The position numbers were made by a program, and so were the translations under genes. The notes beneath the pieces are model-generated. The model was not told the origin of the DNA. It saw only the letters and a program-made list of their open reading frames with translations, and searched no databases. This document shows, one piece after another, positions 61,805 to 64,000 of a DNA stretch of 64,000 bases. The first letter of the stretch is position 1; every line of letters starts with the position of its first letter. The DNA comes from Camelus ferus (Eukaryota). Where the stretch lies: NCBI RefSeq assembly GCF_009834535.1, contig NC_045696.1, positions 12,588,001 to 12,652,000 of the forward strand, written 5' to 3'.

Positions 61805-61829
61805 AAAAATATCTTGTGTAAATCACTAC

Positions 61830-64000
61830 AAGTTAAGAGATATAGCACTAATTCATTCCTTCTAATGGGGTTTTTGCCACCACAAACATAAGGCCTTACA
61901 TACTGATGCCTTCCGTTCTATGGAACAGAATCCAAGGACAGGAATTGCTGGGCCAAAAAGTATACATACTTTTTTAATTTAATAGGTGTTGGCAAATGGA
62001 TTTCCCAAAACCTTTAACACTTCATATTTCTACCAGCCCTGAGAATAATCTTTCCCCTAAATCACCACCAGTAATAGTTATCATAGTTCTTTTCCACTTT
62101 TGTCAGTCTCATGTAAAATGACATTTTATTTTTACTATAATTTGCATTTCAAACAATGAATTTGAAATCTTTTTATAAATTTGTTGGCCATTTGGATTTA
62201 CTATTCTTTGCCCATTTTTCAGTTGGGTTGTTTCTCGTCTTGCCAAATATTTAGCTATTGGACAAATCAGTTACAAATATTTTATTCTAAATTGAATATT
62301 TGTCTATATCTTTTAAAGGTACCTTTGGTCATATCAAGGTTCTTAGCTTTATAAATTTAAACATATCTTTTCCTTTTGTAGCTTCTGGATTTCTGTAGCT
62401 TCTGGAAAAGATGTTCTTCAGTGCATAGATTTTATATATTTTGCTTTGAGATAATTTTAGAAGACTTTTGCAATTTTATTTTGACCATGTAAGTTTTTCA
62501 GCCATCTGGAATTTATATTTAAATGTAGAATAAGATAGGGATCTACTTTTCTTCCAGATGGGTAGGCGATTTTCCAAATATCATTTATTAAATAATTGAT
62601 TGATTTCTCACTAAAATAGTCTATCACTTTAGAAATATATTCAACTATCATCTACACTAGGCTTATTTCTTCATTCTTTATTCTATTCCTTTACCAATAC
62701 CACGTGACTGAGATACAGTAGCTTTATTATACATGCTAATACCTGTAAGATAAGAGCTCTCACTAGTCTCCCTTGCTTTTTCTTTTTTTCTTTTTTTTTT
62801 TTTTTTTTTTTTGGCATTTCTGGAACATCTGTTCTTCATTATGGACTTTAAACTTCTTTGACCAATCATCCTCCCCAAAAGTACCAATTCTAATTTAAGT
62901 GCACTAATTTACATATTTATTAGGTATATGGATTTAACATTTGTGTTACTAAGTACTCCTGACCAGCAGGTATGCTTTCCATTTGTTCAAATCTTACCTA
63001 ATTTCTTTCAGTAAGATTTTATCATTTCCCTTATAGAGATAATTTGTCTATCTTATTCAATTAATTCTTAAGTATTTTACATATGTCAACACTTGTAAAT
63101 AAGACATTTTTTCCCATTTTTATTTCCAAGTATTTTGTTAAAGTAGATTAAAACTATCACTTTTTAAAAATTTTATCTTGTATCCATGGCCTTACCAAGT
63201 TACCCTTTTTAAATCTAGTGATATATACTAGGAGATCTTGAATTTTCTCAGTATAAACTATCATCCTCAAAAAGATTATCTTATCACTTTTTTCAAATTT
63301 GACATCAGGCATTTTACTTTATTGCCTTCTATATTCACTAGCACCTCCAAGGTAATGTTAAGTATAATGGTGATAGTGGTTATCCCTATCTTGTGACTGA
63401 TTTAATTAATATTTGTGTTTTTAAAATTAAAGTATTTGCTGAGTGGCTTTATAATGTCTCATTTCATAATCTATCTCCCTTAATAGTTTTATTAGAAATG
63501 ACTAATGATTTCTGTCAAATGTCTTCTAAGTATCTATTGATATAACCGTATTTTTTCTTTAATGTGTTTATGTAATAGATTATGTTGATAGATTTCCTGA
63601 TACTCAAGAACTCCTGAAAATCTGGTATGGAAAATCTACTCTGTAAAATGCATTGCAGATTTTGTTTGGTAATAGTTATTAAGAATTACCCTTTACATTC
63701 CTTGGTGATCTATGGCTTTATTTGTTGGCCAACTTAGCAGGTTTGTTTTAAAGTTATTTCGGCTTGATAAAATGGATTTGAAAGATTTCCTTCAACATTT
63801 CAGATAATATTGCAGTTACCTACTTTTTAAAGATCAGCCAAATCTTAGTTTTGAAAATATCTGATTATGGTGCCTTTCTCAATGTCAAAGTTATAATCTT
63901 TGTTATGTTACCTCCAAAATTTAATCTACTCTTAGGTCAGTTTTGTTAAGAAATCATTTTTTTTTTCTAGATTCTTCAAATTTATTACTCTAGAGTTGCA
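61830..64000 (-). mobile_element. Ancient L1M ORF2/3' relic
   Basis: GGAATTGCTGGGCCAAAA, TTGTTGGCCATTTGGATT, CCATCTGGAATTTATATT, CACCTCCAAGGTAATGTTAAG...GGTGATAGTGG; peptide resemblance YLINDIWKIAYPSGRKVDPYL. Confidence 0.75.

Noticed and set aside
1..64000. CRISPR array, operon or other prokaryotic/viral system
   Set aside because: No regularly spaced repeats with unique spacers and no long ORFs; content is typical mammalian interspersed repeats.

Overview
AT-rich, CpG-depleted mammalian non-coding DNA (intergenic or deep intronic), almost certainly from a camelid. This rests on a tRNA-derived SINE of the Vic-1 type, young L1 3' ends of one lineage-specific style, and artiodactyl-type internally deleted Tigger1 copies. 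I find no supportable protein-coding exon, RNA gene, CRISPR array or prokaryote-like system. The ORFs I can recognise are decayed L1 ORF2 fragments; the rest look like chance frames. A large share of the window is recognisable transposon relic: L1 of several ages, L2, MIR, MLT1/MLT2/MER21/LTR16, ERV1-type solo LTRs, MER5/20/58/81 and Tigger1. Most notable: a TSD-bounded retrocopy of an unidentified 3' UTR (166-502); two twin-primed (5'-inverted) L1 insertions; two tailless internal L1 fragments associated with ERV LTRs; a CpG-retaining, motif-dense patch with a consensus CTCF site nearby; and a repeat-free block with three perfect palindromes in 280 bp. Repeat family names come from remembered consensus sequences, not a database search, and boundaries without TSDs are approximate. 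I do not see a convincing novel biological system.
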